Assembly (NCBI GenBank): GCA_963664875.1
Contig: OY761611.1
Span: 3,488,001-3,552,000 of the forward strand
From: Candidatus Kapaibacterium sp.
Lineage (GTDB): Bacteria; Bacteroidota; Ignavibacteria; Kapaibacteriales; UBA2268
Direction: 5' to 3'
DNA length: 64,000 nt
Numbering within the stretch: position 1 is the stretch's first letter; every line of letters begins with the position of its first letter. Made by a program: the position numbers and the translations under genes. The notes under the pieces are model-generated. The model made no database searches, was not told the origin of the DNA, and saw nothing but the letters and a program-made list of their open reading frames with translations. This document shows, in pieces, positions 1-9,900 of the stretch.

Positions 1-509
1 TTTCTATCGGCAAAGTACATACTTTCTTTGGTAACTTTGGTGTGATGGTAAGAGCATATACTTATATCCGTATGCTTGGAGCTAAAGGCTTGAACGAAGC
101 AAGCAAAAACGCTATCATCAATGCTAATTACCTATTCAAGCTAATCAAAGATAACTTTGAAGTGCCTTACGATGAATTCTGTATGCACGAATTTGTGATT
201 AGTGGAGATAAGCAAAAAGAATTAGGCGTATCTACAAAAGATATAGCTAAAAGATTATTGGACTATGGATTCCATGCCCCTACAATCTATTTCCCATTGA
301 TTGTACACGAATCTATGCTTATCGAACCAACTGAAACAGAAACTAAAGAAAGCTTGGAATCATTTGCGGATGCAATGAATGCAATAGCAAAAGAAGTAGA
401 AACAAATCCTGATTTGGTGCTAAACTCACCTGTAACTACTCCGGTAAGAAGATTGGACGACGCATTAGCAGCAAGACAGCTAAACGTACGCTGGACAAAA
501 CAGGCTTAA
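1..509 (+). CDS. gcvPB: Glycine dehydrogenase (decarboxylating) subunit 2, 3' part (5' end outside window)
   Basis: Motifs [35 protein letters not shown] and PVRRLDD are typical of the GcvP C-terminus. Confidence 0.93.
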   Translation, partial: SIGKVHTFFGNFGVMVRAYTYIRMLGAKGLNEASKNAIINANYLFKLIKDNFEVPYDEFCMHEFVISGDKQKELGVSTKDIAKRLLDYGFHAPTIYFPLIVHESMLIEPTETETKESLESFADAMNAIAKEVETNPDLVLNSPVTTPVRRLDDALAARQLNVRWTKQA

Positions 510-532
510 TTTTGCTTTTAATATGAATTATG

Positions 533-564
533 AAAAAAGCGCTACGTTTTTCGTAGCGCTTTTT
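533..564. terminator. Intrinsic terminator after gcvPB
   Basis: AAAAAGCGCTACG-ttttt-CGTAGCGCTTTTT forms a perfect hairpin with A/T tails. Confidence 0.85.
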
Positions 565-805
565 ACATATATACTAAATTAGATGGTGGAATGTATTAGT
601 GATTCACTTTAATAGATTCACTAATGTAGAAATCACTACACAAATGCTGTAGACTGCTAATCCAAAATATTTATTTTTTATGTTAGTCTTTGCTAATGTA
701 AGATTCTAGTGCGATAGTTTTTGTATAGTTTTGGATATCCGATTCAAACGATATTTTAGAAGAGAATCTTAGAATATAATTCGATCATTCGAGCGATAGA
801 AATTT

Positions 806-1132
806 ATGAAAGATACTTTGAATATTGAATTTATCGACAGAAAAGATCAGGCTTCTGATTATGACTGGGCTAATATCTCTTTGGGTGATGAACGGGTTGG
901 CAAAGCTCGCTGTCTCATAGAAGGTAAGACTCTTGTTATATACTCGATCAATATCTATCCTGAGTTTCAGGGAAGGCACTACGGTGCGGAATTTGTAGAG
1001 CGTGCCAAACAGCACTACGAAACTTTAATTGCAGACAGAGTAAGATTTAATGCTATCGGGTTTTGGGAAAAAATGGGTTTTATCAAGTACGACAGAGATA
1101 ATTATATATACAAAAAGGGCAATTCTAAATAG
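806..1132 (+). CDS. GNAT-family N-acetyltransferase
   Basis: Acetyl-CoA motif IYPEFQGRHYG and AIGFWEKMGF. Confidence 0.8.
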   Translation: MKDTLNIEFIDRKDQASDYDWANISLGDERVGKARCLIEGKTLVIYSINIYPEFQGRHYGAEFVERAKQHYETLIADRVRFNAIGFWEKMGFIKYDRDNYIYKKGNSK

Positions 1133-1147
1133 ACTTTTCATTTGCTC

Positions 1148-3370
1148 TTAGTATTCGGTTCGCGATTTCCGTTCTTTTTGTAAGGCTTTTAGGTAGAGAC
1201 GGAGCCTGTAAAGCTCATCCATAGAGAGCTGACTATCCATCCTTGTGAAGACCTGAGTGATTTTGTCAAAACCTATATTGTAAAATGCTTCGGTAGCCGC
1301 TTCCAATAGATATTTAGGAATAAAAATCTGCTTTTTGAAGTAGTCGCTCGGAAGTTTGTGCCCTTCGTCAATCATATATTCGATTATTCTATAAAGAGCC
1401 ACAGGCTTTAGTGCCAAAGTATCAATCATAGTGTCAATACTTTCCTTTTCTTTAATCATATTAGAGATATTTGAGCGCGTATCTCCCGTAGTTGATGTAG
1501 TAGTTTTGCTAGTTTTGGGACTGCTTTTCTGTGGCACGGGCAATGAAATGTTAGATGTAGAAAAATCAATATTGGTATTGACATTTTTAATGCCTTTTTT
1601 GATACAATAGTCTTTGATTTCCTTGCTAAATGCCGCTCCGTATTTTTGATATTTCTTTTTACCTACACCGGTTGCTGCCATCATAGAATCTTTGCTGATA
1701 GTATAGAACTTAGCAAATTCGAGTAGAGTTTTATCGCCAAAAATAGCATAAGGAGGCAGATTATTATCATTAGCAAGAGATTTTCTGACTCCTCGAAGAA
1801 CTTCAAACAGCTCTTGCGAATGTGAAGTAGCGGCAGGAACCGAGCGTTTGGCTTTACCGGAAAGATATCCGAAAACAAGCATTTTGCTTTTAAAAACTTC
1901 TTTTGACTTATCATTTAGAGAGAGCACTCCCTCTTTATCATCAAATAAATCTTGTTGCCAAAACTGTGCAACGACTTTTTCCCATTGCTCTTTGGAATAT
2001 TCTTTGCCGATACCGTAAGTGGAAACTTTGTTTAGCTCATTTTTATAAATTGCGGTTGTAATCTGACCTGTAAGAGTGTCTATTACTGTTTCCAAATCAT
2101 GTTTCTGTCCAACTCGGTATATGCAGGAAAGAAACTTTTTGGCAGGTATGGTCAAATCGATTACAGATTCATCTTCTTCCGTGCAGCAATCGCACATTCC
2201 GCAGTTTGAATCAGCATTTTTTTCGCCAAAATAATTGAGAACAAATGCTTTCCTGCAGGTATTCGCCTCACAGAAGCTTACCATTTTTTTAAGCTGTTCG
2301 CGAGCAACTTTCTGCTCTTTTGCTTCTTTTTGATCTATAAAAAATTCGATTTTAAATTTATCGGCATAGCTATACATCAGCAGGCAGTTTGCTCTTAGTC
2401 CGTCTCTGCCGGCTCTTCCGATTTCCTGATAATACGACTCGAGACTTTTAGGCAAATCGTGGTGGATCACAAATCTGACGTTTGGTTTATTTATGCCCAT
2501 ACCAAAAGCAATAGTTGCAACGATAATATTAACATCATCGCGAATAAATCTATCCTGATTATTATGCCTTGTGGTCTCGTTAAGTCCTGCATGGTATGGC
2601 AGCACAGAGTAGCCGTCTTTTTGCAGTTTTTCAGAAATTTCTTCGGTTTGCTTTCTGGAAAAGCAATAAATAATACCTGATTGGCCCGGGAATCGGTTAA
2701 TAAATGATTTGAGTTGCCGATACGGATTGTTTTTTTCGATAACCTGAAGATATAAATTTTCTCTATTGAAAGAAGAAATAAAAGATTTCTCGTTTTCAAA
2801 ATTGAGATTTTTTATAATATCCTGTCTTACTTTGGGAGTCGCAGTAGCAGTAAGTGCTACGCAGGCAGCTTCAGGAAGCAATTTCCTTACTTCAGCAATT
2901 TGCCTATACTCCGGTCTGAAATCGTGACCCCACTCAGAGATACAATGCGCTTCGTCCACTGTGATACATTCAATAGGCACAGAGCGAAGAAGCTCTAAAA
3001 TCTGAGGTCTGAAAAGAGATTCCGGAGCTAAGTAGAGCAACTTGACTTTGCCCTGTTTTACAAGCTCGTAGTTGTATTTATATTCTTCTAATGGTATAGA
3101 ACTATTAAGCATCACAGCAGAAATACCATATTCGAGGAGCTGCTGCACCTGATCTTTCATAAGCGAAATAAGAGGCGAAATAACAATGGTAATCCCTTCG
3201 AAAATCAAAGCCGGAATCTGATAGCACAAGGACTTTCCTCCACCTGTAGGCATGATAACAAGTGTATCTTTCTTTTCGAGTACATTGGCGATAGCTTCGC
3301 CCTGCAGCTCTCTGAAAGCTTTATACCCAAAAACAGATTGAAGCAACTCCAAGTGTTTAGATTTTGACAA
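1148..3370 (-). CDS. recQ: ATP-dependent DNA helicase RecQ
   Basis: MPTGGGKSLCYQ, VDEAHCISEWGHDFRPEY, ATIAFGMGINKPNVR, QEIGRAGRDG, Zn-binding cysteines and an HRDC-like segment; TTG start. Confidence 0.96.
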   Translation of the reverse strand: MSKSKHLELLQSVFGYKAFRELQGEAIANVLEKKDTLVIMPTGGGKSLCYQIPALIFEGITIVISPLISLMKDQVQQLLEYGISAVMLNSSIPLEEYKYNYELVKQGKVKLLYLAPESLFRPQILELLRSVPIECITVDEAHCISEWGHDFRPEYRQIAEVRKLLPEAACVALTATATPKVRQDIIKNLNFENEKSFISSFNRENLYLQVIEKNNPYRQLKSFINRFPGQSGIIYCFSRKQTEEISEKLQKDGYSVLPYHAGLNETTRHNNQDRFIRDDVNIIVATIAFGMGINKPNVRFVIHHDLPKSLESYYQEIGRAGRDGLRANCLLMYSYADKFKIEFFIDQKEAKEQKVAREQLKKMVSFCEANTCRKAFVLNYFGEKNADSNCGMCDCCTEEDESVIDLTIPAKKFLSCIYRVGQKHDLETVIDTLTGQITTAIYKNELNKVSTYGIGKEYSKEQWEKVVAQFWQQDLFDDKEGVLSLNDKSKEVFKSKMLVFGYLSGKAKRSVPAATSHSQELFEVLRGVRKSLANDNNLPPYAIFGDKTLLEFAKFYTISKDSMMAATGVGKKKYQKYGAAFSKEIKDYCIKKGIKNVNTNIDFSTSNISLPVPQKSSPKTSKTTTSTTGDTRSNISNMIKEKESIDTMIDTLALKPVALYRIIEYMIDEGHKLPSDYFKKQIFIPKYLLEAATEAFYNIGFDKITQVFTRMDSQLSMDELYRLRLYLKALQKERKSRTEY

Positions 3371-3527
3371 AGTATTTCCTAAAATGCTGAAACTACCAAC
3401 AACAATAGTAGTTAATTAGTATGCAAAGAGCAAAAATAATCTACTAATGTGGAAAAAGAAGGGAATTACATTGCATCTCGGGTAATATTTGGTTTAATAC
3501 TTTGCTTTAGGAAATCAGAGCAGGTAT

Positions 3528-4277
3528 CTACTGATCCAGCCATTTTTTGAAATCCGGAGCTCTTTCTACACTGACAATTACCTCGCTGTCCTCCGACGAA
3601 GGGGTCAGATTTAATTTCACTCTACTCCTCGACCAAGCTGTCATGCCGGCAATGGAATCGATATTTATGAGATATTGGCGATTTATGCGAAAAAATCTTT
3701 CGGGATCCAATACTTTTTCCAGAGCCTCTAAAGTCAAATCCACCGGATATAAAGAATTATCAAAGCATTTGAAAAAAACATTTTTATTGGAGGAGAAGAA
3801 ATATGCTATATCGGAGCATTTTATATTTTTCAATTTAGAGCCCACTTGCACAAGAAATCTTTTTTTATAAACTTTTTCTTCGCGAATGCCCTTGGCTATT
3901 TCTGAATAATCGCTCAGTAAAGTATCTTTCAAATTATTGATTTTTTCAAGTGCAGCTTCAAGGTCAGTTTTTCTTATTGGTTTGAGGAGATAGTCTATGC
4001 TGTTAAGCTGGAAGGCACGGATAGCGTATTTTTCATAAGCGCTTGTAAATATGATAGGAGTTGAAATTTTTACTATATCAAATATACTAAAGCTAATCCC
4101 ATCAGAAAGATGTATATCCAAAAATATTAAATCTGCCTTATTATCTTTTAGCCACTCCACCGATTCTTTGATTGAAGAAAGCAAAGCAAGTATCTCAATG
4201 TTTGGGTCGATATCAGTTAGCATTTCTGCCAATCTTTCAGCAGCAATTCTCTCATCTTCAATAATTATTATCTTCAT
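3528..4277 (-). CDS. LytTR-family response regulator
   Basis: Receiver domain (IIEDE, IFLDIHL, DYLLKP) plus LytTR domain (FFRINRQYLIN). Start placed at MKIIIIEDE, overlapping the kinase 3' end. Confidence 0.92.
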   Translation of the reverse strand: MKIIIIEDERIAAERLAEMLTDIDPNIEILALLSSIKESVEWLKDNKADLIFLDIHLSDGISFSIFDIVKISTPIIFTSAYEKYAIRAFQLNSIDYLLKPIRKTDLEAALEKINNLKDTLLSDYSEIAKGIREEKVYKKRFLVQVGSKLKNIKCSDIAYFFSSNKNVFFKCFDNSLYPVDLTLEALEKVLDPERFFRINRQYLINIDSIAGMTAWSRSRVKLNLTPSSEDSEVIVSVERAPDFKKWLDQ

Positions 4278-5349
4278 TGTCGTCAGCCACAATAATTGGG
4301 AATTTGCAATAATAAAAATTATCTTCATTATAATACAAAGGCATTTGGGAGCCTAATATTTTATACCTGTGCGAAATATTTTCCTGACCTTTGCCGGTTG
4401 AATTGTTGCCACCTGCCCTGTCTTGCAAATTATTTGCAACAACAATATATTGATTATCTTTATAGATATATATCTGCAAAGGTTTCTCTGCTGAAGCTGC
4501 ATTGTGCTTAATCGCATTTTCCACAGCAGATTGCAAAGTCAGTGGGGGCAGTTTTGAAATGCAATTATTCAAATCTATTTCGATTTTAAGAACATCTCCG
4601 TATCTTATTTTCAAAAGTGAAATATATGCTTTTACAAAATCGATTTCTTCTTCAATATCGATTAGTTCGTAATCCATAGTTTCCACTACATAGCGATAAA
4701 CATAAGCCAAATCTTCGGTAAATCGTTTGGCTTTTTGGGTGTCGATATCTATCAGGCTGATAAGAATGTTCAGAGAGTTAAACAAAAAATGTGGATCAGA
4801 TTGGTTTTTCAAAACAAGCATTTTTAAATCATTTACTTCCAAAGCGAGTTTTTCTTTGTCGTCTTTCTCTTTGTTTTTTTCAAACAGAGCTATCCAAAGT
4901 TCGAGCACTGCAGTAATAAGCACATTTGCTACAGATATTATCAATATATTATTTATGATAACTTCAACTAAAGGCTCTTTGTAGGAGTTTATAAACTCTG
5001 AGAGTAGGGTAAGCAATATTGCCATAATTACGGCAATGACAACGATCAGAAGAGCTTCTAAAAGTGTTCTGAAAAATGGGGAATGACTCCAAGTGTATCT
5101 TTGATTGAGAAAAGCAATAACATACAAATCCATATATGCCACTACAACCGAAGAGAGATAGCTAAAAGTAAAACTATAGCTCAATCTTGCCCAAAATGCT
5201 CCAAAACTATTGATTTCTACGTACCCGGTGAACCCGATATAAGCTATAACTATTGTTTCTATTATCAAAACAAAAGCAGCGCATAATATCAGCATTCTTT
5301 TCAAAGGTATAATAGAATTTAGATATGCAATGCTCATACGAACAATCAT
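4258..5349 (-). CDS. LytS/YehU-type membrane sensor histidine kinase
   Basis: Four N-terminal TM helices, then KNQSDPHFLFNSLN and LQSAVENAIKHN. Confidence 0.9.
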   Translation of the reverse strand: MIVRMSIAYLNSIIPLKRMLILCAAFVLIIETIVIAYIGFTGYVEINSFGAFWARLSYSFTFSYLSSVVVAYMDLYVIAFLNQRYTWSHSPFFRTLLEALLIVVIAVIMAILLTLLSEFINSYKEPLVEVIINNILIISVANVLITAVLELWIALFEKNKEKDDKEKLALEVNDLKMLVLKNQSDPHFLFNSLNILISLIDIDTQKAKRFTEDLAYVYRYVVETMDYELIDIEEEIDFVKAYISLLKIRYGDVLKIEIDLNNCISKLPPLTLQSAVENAIKHNAASAEKPLQIYIYKDNQYIVVANNLQDRAGGNNSTGKGQENISHRYKILGSQMPLYYNEDNFYYCKFPIIVADDNEDNNY

Positions 5350-5488
5350 TTCATTTTCAGTAATAAGTTAAACAATATAGCTCAAAAAGTGCGGATTGCA
5401 AAAAGAGAAATGACTACCGCTTGTATATAACCTCACACATTTAAACTTAACAAGCAGCAGTCATTTCATTTTAGGGCGAATCATGTAG

Positions 5489-6568
5489 TCAAAACTTAGG
5501 TTTCTCCGGTAATAAAGGGAATTTTGAATAATACTTGCCACCTTCGGAAAAATATATCGGCAATATTTCTGTGATAATTGCATATCTTTTATTTATATTT
5601 CTTTGCCCGATACCCGATGAGTATTCTCGCGAATACTTGTATTGAACGTTATTTACTACGTATATGGAATCATGTTGGCAATAAATATTTATCATAAGTG
5701 GCGAAATATCAGATAAAGAATTATGCTTTAATGCATTTTCTACTGCAAACTGCAGGCACAAAGGAGGTAGCCACCAATCTAAATATTCTTCTGTTTTTTG
5801 AATATGGAAAATAATTTTGTTTGAGAACCTAATTTCTAATAAAAACCGATAGGATTCTAAGAATTCCAACTCTTGCGACAGTCTGACACATTTAGAATCT
5901 ATGGTTTCTAAAACATATCTGTAAATCAGAGAAAGCTCGTCGAAAAACTTTTGTGCTCTTTCCGGTTCTGTGCCTATAAGTCCGCTCATAGTATTTAGAC
6001 TGTTGAAAATAAAATGAGGCTCAATCTGACTTTTCAGCACTTCATACTTCAGATTGCTTATTTCTGATTCCATGATTTGCTCTTTGAGCTCAGATTTGTT
6101 CTTTTCAAAAAGTGAAACCCAAAACTCCAGTATTATCATCAACATAAAATTGCTTACTATGCTAATCATAATGTTATTGATGAAAGCACAATAAAAGCTT
6201 TCGGGGTATTTATGTATCAAACTTGCAATGCCTGTAAGCAAAAAAGCAGTAAACACTCCTAAAATAGAAACAAAAAGTATCTCAAAGATTACTCTTTTTA
6301 CTATTCTGCCATTCCACGAAGCGTAGTAGTCTAAAAAAGCGATTACCCTCAAATCGAGGTATGCTACTATATAGCCACCCAGAAAAGCAATGGCTACACT
6401 CATCAAGTATCTGTAAAGCAAGATAGAAATGCTTGATATTGGTGCATAATTGATATAATCAAGATATATAGTAATAAACAACTGAATAAACGCCACATAT
6501 ACCAGCACAACACCTGCAAGCTGGCGTGGCGATAATATCTTGTTTATTTCTGATACTTTCATGATCAT
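5489..6568 (-). CDS. Second LytS-type sensor histidine kinase (paralog)
   Basis: TM helices, then KSQIEPHFIFNSLN and LQFAVENALKHN. Confidence 0.9.
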   Translation of the reverse strand: MIMKVSEINKILSPRQLAGVVLVYVAFIQLFITIYLDYINYAPISSISILLYRYLMSVAIAFLGGYIVAYLDLRVIAFLDYYASWNGRIVKRVIFEILFVSILGVFTAFLLTGIASLIHKYPESFYCAFINNIMISIVSNFMLMIILEFWVSLFEKNKSELKEQIMESEISNLKYEVLKSQIEPHFIFNSLNTMSGLIGTEPERAQKFFDELSLIYRYVLETIDSKCVRLSQELEFLESYRFLLEIRFSNKIIFHIQKTEEYLDWWLPPLCLQFAVENALKHNSLSDISPLMINIYCQHDSIYVVNNVQYKYSREYSSGIGQRNINKRYAIITEILPIYFSEGGKYYSKFPLLPEKPKF

Positions 6569-6738
6569 ATCTCATATTAATTTATTTTCAAAAAGCTAAG
6601 CAAATTTGCCTTTACTTCCTAAATAAAATCTTTTGTCCGGGGAGAGAGGGAAGCTGCCGCCATGAGTTTGAACTTATAATTTACACCGAGTAGAATTTCG
6701 GCGACAGCTTCACTTTGTGAGTACATCTTGGGTCTTGT

Positions 6739-7365
6739 TTATTTTATTTGATATCGGAGTGTCAATCCACCGGTTATCGTATTGAGCAAAAACTCGTCTG
6801 TTTGATGTAACTCAATCGGAGAGGTTAATTTGAAGGATAACGTAAATCCAATCCACCACTGAGAGAAGAGCTTATATGAGATTTCGCCCGCCAACATATT
6901 TACGACGAACTCATCTCTGTCAACAGTTTTTTCATACCAGAGCTTACCTGCTCTGTATTTTTTATCTAATTCATATTTTACTATTCCGCTTGCTGTTGTG
7001 TAGCGAAATGTAAGCAAAATATCGTCACTGCATTTTGTATTATATTCCAAAAACAAACCTGCATAGCCGCCTTCCATTTGGAACGTGCCTTCGAGGTCAG
7101 AACTACTAAGTGTGTGATTGTAATATAGCCCGGAACCTACTATACCTAAGTTCCAATGAGTCCCAACAGGAAAGCTGTAATCTAAGGAAAATATACCTGC
7201 GGGTTTTGCCATTACTTCAGTATATTCCATACTGAAACCAACACTGCTGCTTTTGATTTCTGTGTGAGAAGCAGCCTCATTCTGATTTAGATTTTCATTT
7301 CCCAAAGCGTTGTAAAATGCTATCAACAACAAGATGATGATATACATTAGCTGTCTGAGTGACAT
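6739..7365 (-). CDS. Exported outer-membrane beta-barrel-like protein
   Basis: Signal peptide, alternating beta-strand pattern and C-terminal GLTLRY. Confidence 0.55.
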   Translation of the reverse strand: MSLRQLMYIIILLLIAFYNALGNENLNQNEAASHTEIKSSSVGFSMEYTEVMAKPAGIFSLDYSFPVGTHWNLGIVGSGLYYNHTLSSSDLEGTFQMEGGYAGLFLEYNTKCSDDILLTFRYTTASGIVKYELDKKYRAGKLWYEKTVDRDEFVVNMLAGEISYKLFSQWWIGFTLSFKLTSPIELHQTDEFLLNTITGGLTLRYQIK

Positions 7366-7618
7366 AAAATCTATAGCCCTAAATGTGTTTAATAATTACA
7401 ATACAAACTTAGCACTCTTATCTGCCTTGATAAACTAAATCAAGACGAACCTGCAAAATCAGATACTAAGGATGTTAAAATGAATGATGAAACTGTATTT
7501 TCTGTTTATTTTGAAGTTTATTTTTTATTGGACTCAATATATATAGATTGCTCCAAAGCTCTGTGATTGCAAATTATAAGATTTTTATTTTTTAAATACA
7601 TCCGCCTTTTTATCGTTT

Positions 7619-8401
7619 ATGCTACATACACTAACAGACAGGTCTGATATGCCTTTTTTTGATTTCAATGATAATAAAATATATTACAATGTAACCGGCA
7701 GCGGTTATCCTTTACTCCTCTTACACGGGAACAGTGTCTCCTCCAATATGTTTAGATTTGATATTCCTTTTTTTGAAGAAAATTTCAAAGTTATAGTTTT
7801 TGACTGGCATGGACACGGACAGTCCGGTAGAGTTGCCAGATTTAGAGATGACTTTTGGAAATATAATGCCGAAACTGCAAATGCTCTGCTTGATCATCTG
7901 GGAATTGAAGAGCTTTACGCCATAGGTACGAGTGGAGGTGCTCTCACCGGATTTAATATGCTTACTCAACGCAAAGGTAGAATTAAGAAATTTATAGCTG
8001 ACAGTTTCCTTGGGATGTCTCTTACTGAAGAAGAAGCCTATGGCATCGCCAAAAAAAGGACACAAGCACTTGCTCACAATTTCATGACGCAACAGTTCTG
8101 GAGATTCCAGCATGGTGAGGATTGGCACAAAGTTGTGCTAAACGACATAAATCTTATGGAAAGACTTGGGAAATACAATCTTAAAACAGTTTGGGGCGAT
8201 TTAAGCAAAATCGATGCTGAGGTGCTTGCCACAGGTAGTTACGACGATGAGCTGCTTCCTGATTTGGAGCTCAAAATGCGAACTATCACCGATTTGATTC
8301 CGAATGCGGAGTTGAAAATGTTTGAAAAAGGAAAACATCCTTTTATGATTACTCAAAAGGCGGAATTTAGAGAACTCGCAATGGATTTTTTTAATGCCTG
8401 A
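7619..8401 (+). CDS. Alpha/beta hydrolase
   Basis: LLLLHG, FDWHGHGQS, nucleophile elbow GTSGG and GKH (catalytic His). The true start may be ATG 7649. Confidence 0.88.
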   Translation: MLHTLTDRSDMPFFDFNDNKIYYNVTGSGYPLLLLHGNSVSSNMFRFDIPFFEENFKVIVFDWHGHGQSGRVARFRDDFWKYNAETANALLDHLGIEELYAIGTSGGALTGFNMLTQRKGRIKKFIADSFLGMSLTEEEAYGIAKKRTQALAHNFMTQQFWRFQHGEDWHKVVLNDINLMERLGKYNLKTVWGDLSKIDAEVLATGSYDDELLPDLELKMRTITDLIPNAELKMFEKGKHPFMITQKAEFRELAMDFFNA

Positions 8402-8786
8402 CAAAGGTTCTTATCAGCTCTTGATAGAAGTCAAAACCGAATTGAGCCTTAAAATCGGAGCACTGGGAGTATTTACTTTTCCTAAGGGATTTTATACTTA
8501 TTCAGGGAGTGCTATGAACAATCTAACTAAAAGGATAGAAAGACATTGCACAAAAGATAAGAAACTCAGATGGCACATAGATTATCTGACTTCTGCTGAT
8601 CATGTAGCGATTATAGAAACTTTGTCTGTCAAATCAGAATCAAATATTGAATGTAGGCTCAATCAGGAATTAGAGTTACAAGGCGGATTGCCGATAATTC
8701 CTAAGTTTGGGTCTTCCGATTGCAAAAAGTGCAAATCTCACCTGCAATATTTTAGCGGGCTTAGACCAAATCTTTCGGGAGTATGA
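8394..8786 (+). CDS. GIY-YIG nuclease superfamily protein (DUF123-like)
   Basis: GFYTYSGSA, KLRWHIDYL and FGSSDCKKCKSHL. Confidence 0.8.
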   Translation: MPDKGSYQLLIEVKTELSLKIGALGVFTFPKGFYTYSGSAMNNLTKRIERHCTKDKKLRWHIDYLTSADHVAIIETLSVKSESNIECRLNQELELQGGLPIIPKFGSSDCKKCKSHLQYFSGLRPNLSGV

Positions 8787-9006
8787 TTCGGAAGATAGAT
8801 GATGTATCCATAGTTTTTCATTAGCATCCAAAAATACCTGCAAATTCCTTTATTTGCATATAATAATTCAAATCGTAAATGTAAGGGAAACTTACATATT
8901 GAATCATTGAAGAGGTTGACTCATAATCAAGTTAAGATGTTTAAAATTCAACAACTACACTAATGCTACCTTGTATTATAACTGCTTTTATTTGAAGTAT
9001 TTACAA

Positions 9007-9076
9007 ATTCCCCTCCTGAGCGATGTGCTGAGCGAGCAACGCGAGTCGAAGTAGGGTGGCATGCGTAGCATGACGG
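9007..9076. repeat. GC-rich REP-like extragenic palindromic element, interrupted at the island's left junction
   Basis: GC-rich patch TTCCCCTCC..GTGCTGAGCG-AGCAACGC-GAGTCGAAGT-AGGGTGGCATGCGTAGCATGACGG within AT-rich DNA. It resembles Bacteroidota intergenic repeats, which normally continue GACGGGGTGG. Confidence 0.45.
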
Positions 9077-9085
9077 TAGTATGGC
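9069..9085. other. Candidate left attachment site
   Basis: CATGACGG is shared with 56917-56924; TAGTATGG is shared with 33756-33763. Confidence 0.6.
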
Positions 9086-9624
9086 ACATACTATGTAAGT
9101 GCTATATATACAAAGATAATACGCATATTTTGTAGCTTCATGGCTAACATAGTACTAACACTTATTGCTTGTAACCACTGTACAAACATAAATCCTCTTT
9201 TTTATATCTTTACCTTAATTTACAAAAATATTTGCAAAATAGGTGCTAAAGTTGTTGGGCAAAGTTTTAGTCTTTTGTTTTAGAAATAATCGATAGATAA
9301 ATACGGATTCTATTATTTTAATCCCTACTGCAAAAAACGCTCTCAATTAGCCTAAAATAAGTCTGTTTAAGGCACATAGAGAGCGTTTTTAGATTGAATT
9401 GATTCAAGTGTCCTCCAATTTTTTATCATCTCTATCTATTTATAAGATAAATTCAATTCTGCTACAAGCTAAACCTAGCATACTATGACTCCTGTGCATA
9501 TTTCAGTAGCTCCCAAAATTTTAGATCTATCTGCTTTTTCTTTATTCTTTTTCTTAAATATTTGCTAACTTATTGTATATCCAAAGTGTAGATTTTATTT
9601 GAATTCTTTCTCCCTATATACTTT

Positions 9625-9900
9625 ATGAAACTACTTGTAACTGCTCCTGTTAAGGCTCTGAATAAAGCTTATCGTAAGGTGAGTATTGCTAAAAATGAGT
9701 TTGATAATTTCAAATCTCTGCTTAGTACTTACCTTGATAATATTAACCTCAATGAATCTGAAGAACATCTCAAACTGGTGCTTCGGGATTTTCTGAAAAA
9801 TTCTTTCTACCAAGATTTTGAAATCAATACTTCCGGTAGAGCGGATCTTGCTATATTTTTGGACAAAGACAGCAAATCTAATGTGGGCGCGGATTTATGA
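9625..9900 (+). pseudogene. Truncated N-terminal copy of the type IIG RM gene
   Basis: About 77 aa are nearly identical to the start of the 43722-39958 protein, the upstream ~90 bp are also conserved, and it stops after 91 aa. Confidence 0.9.
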
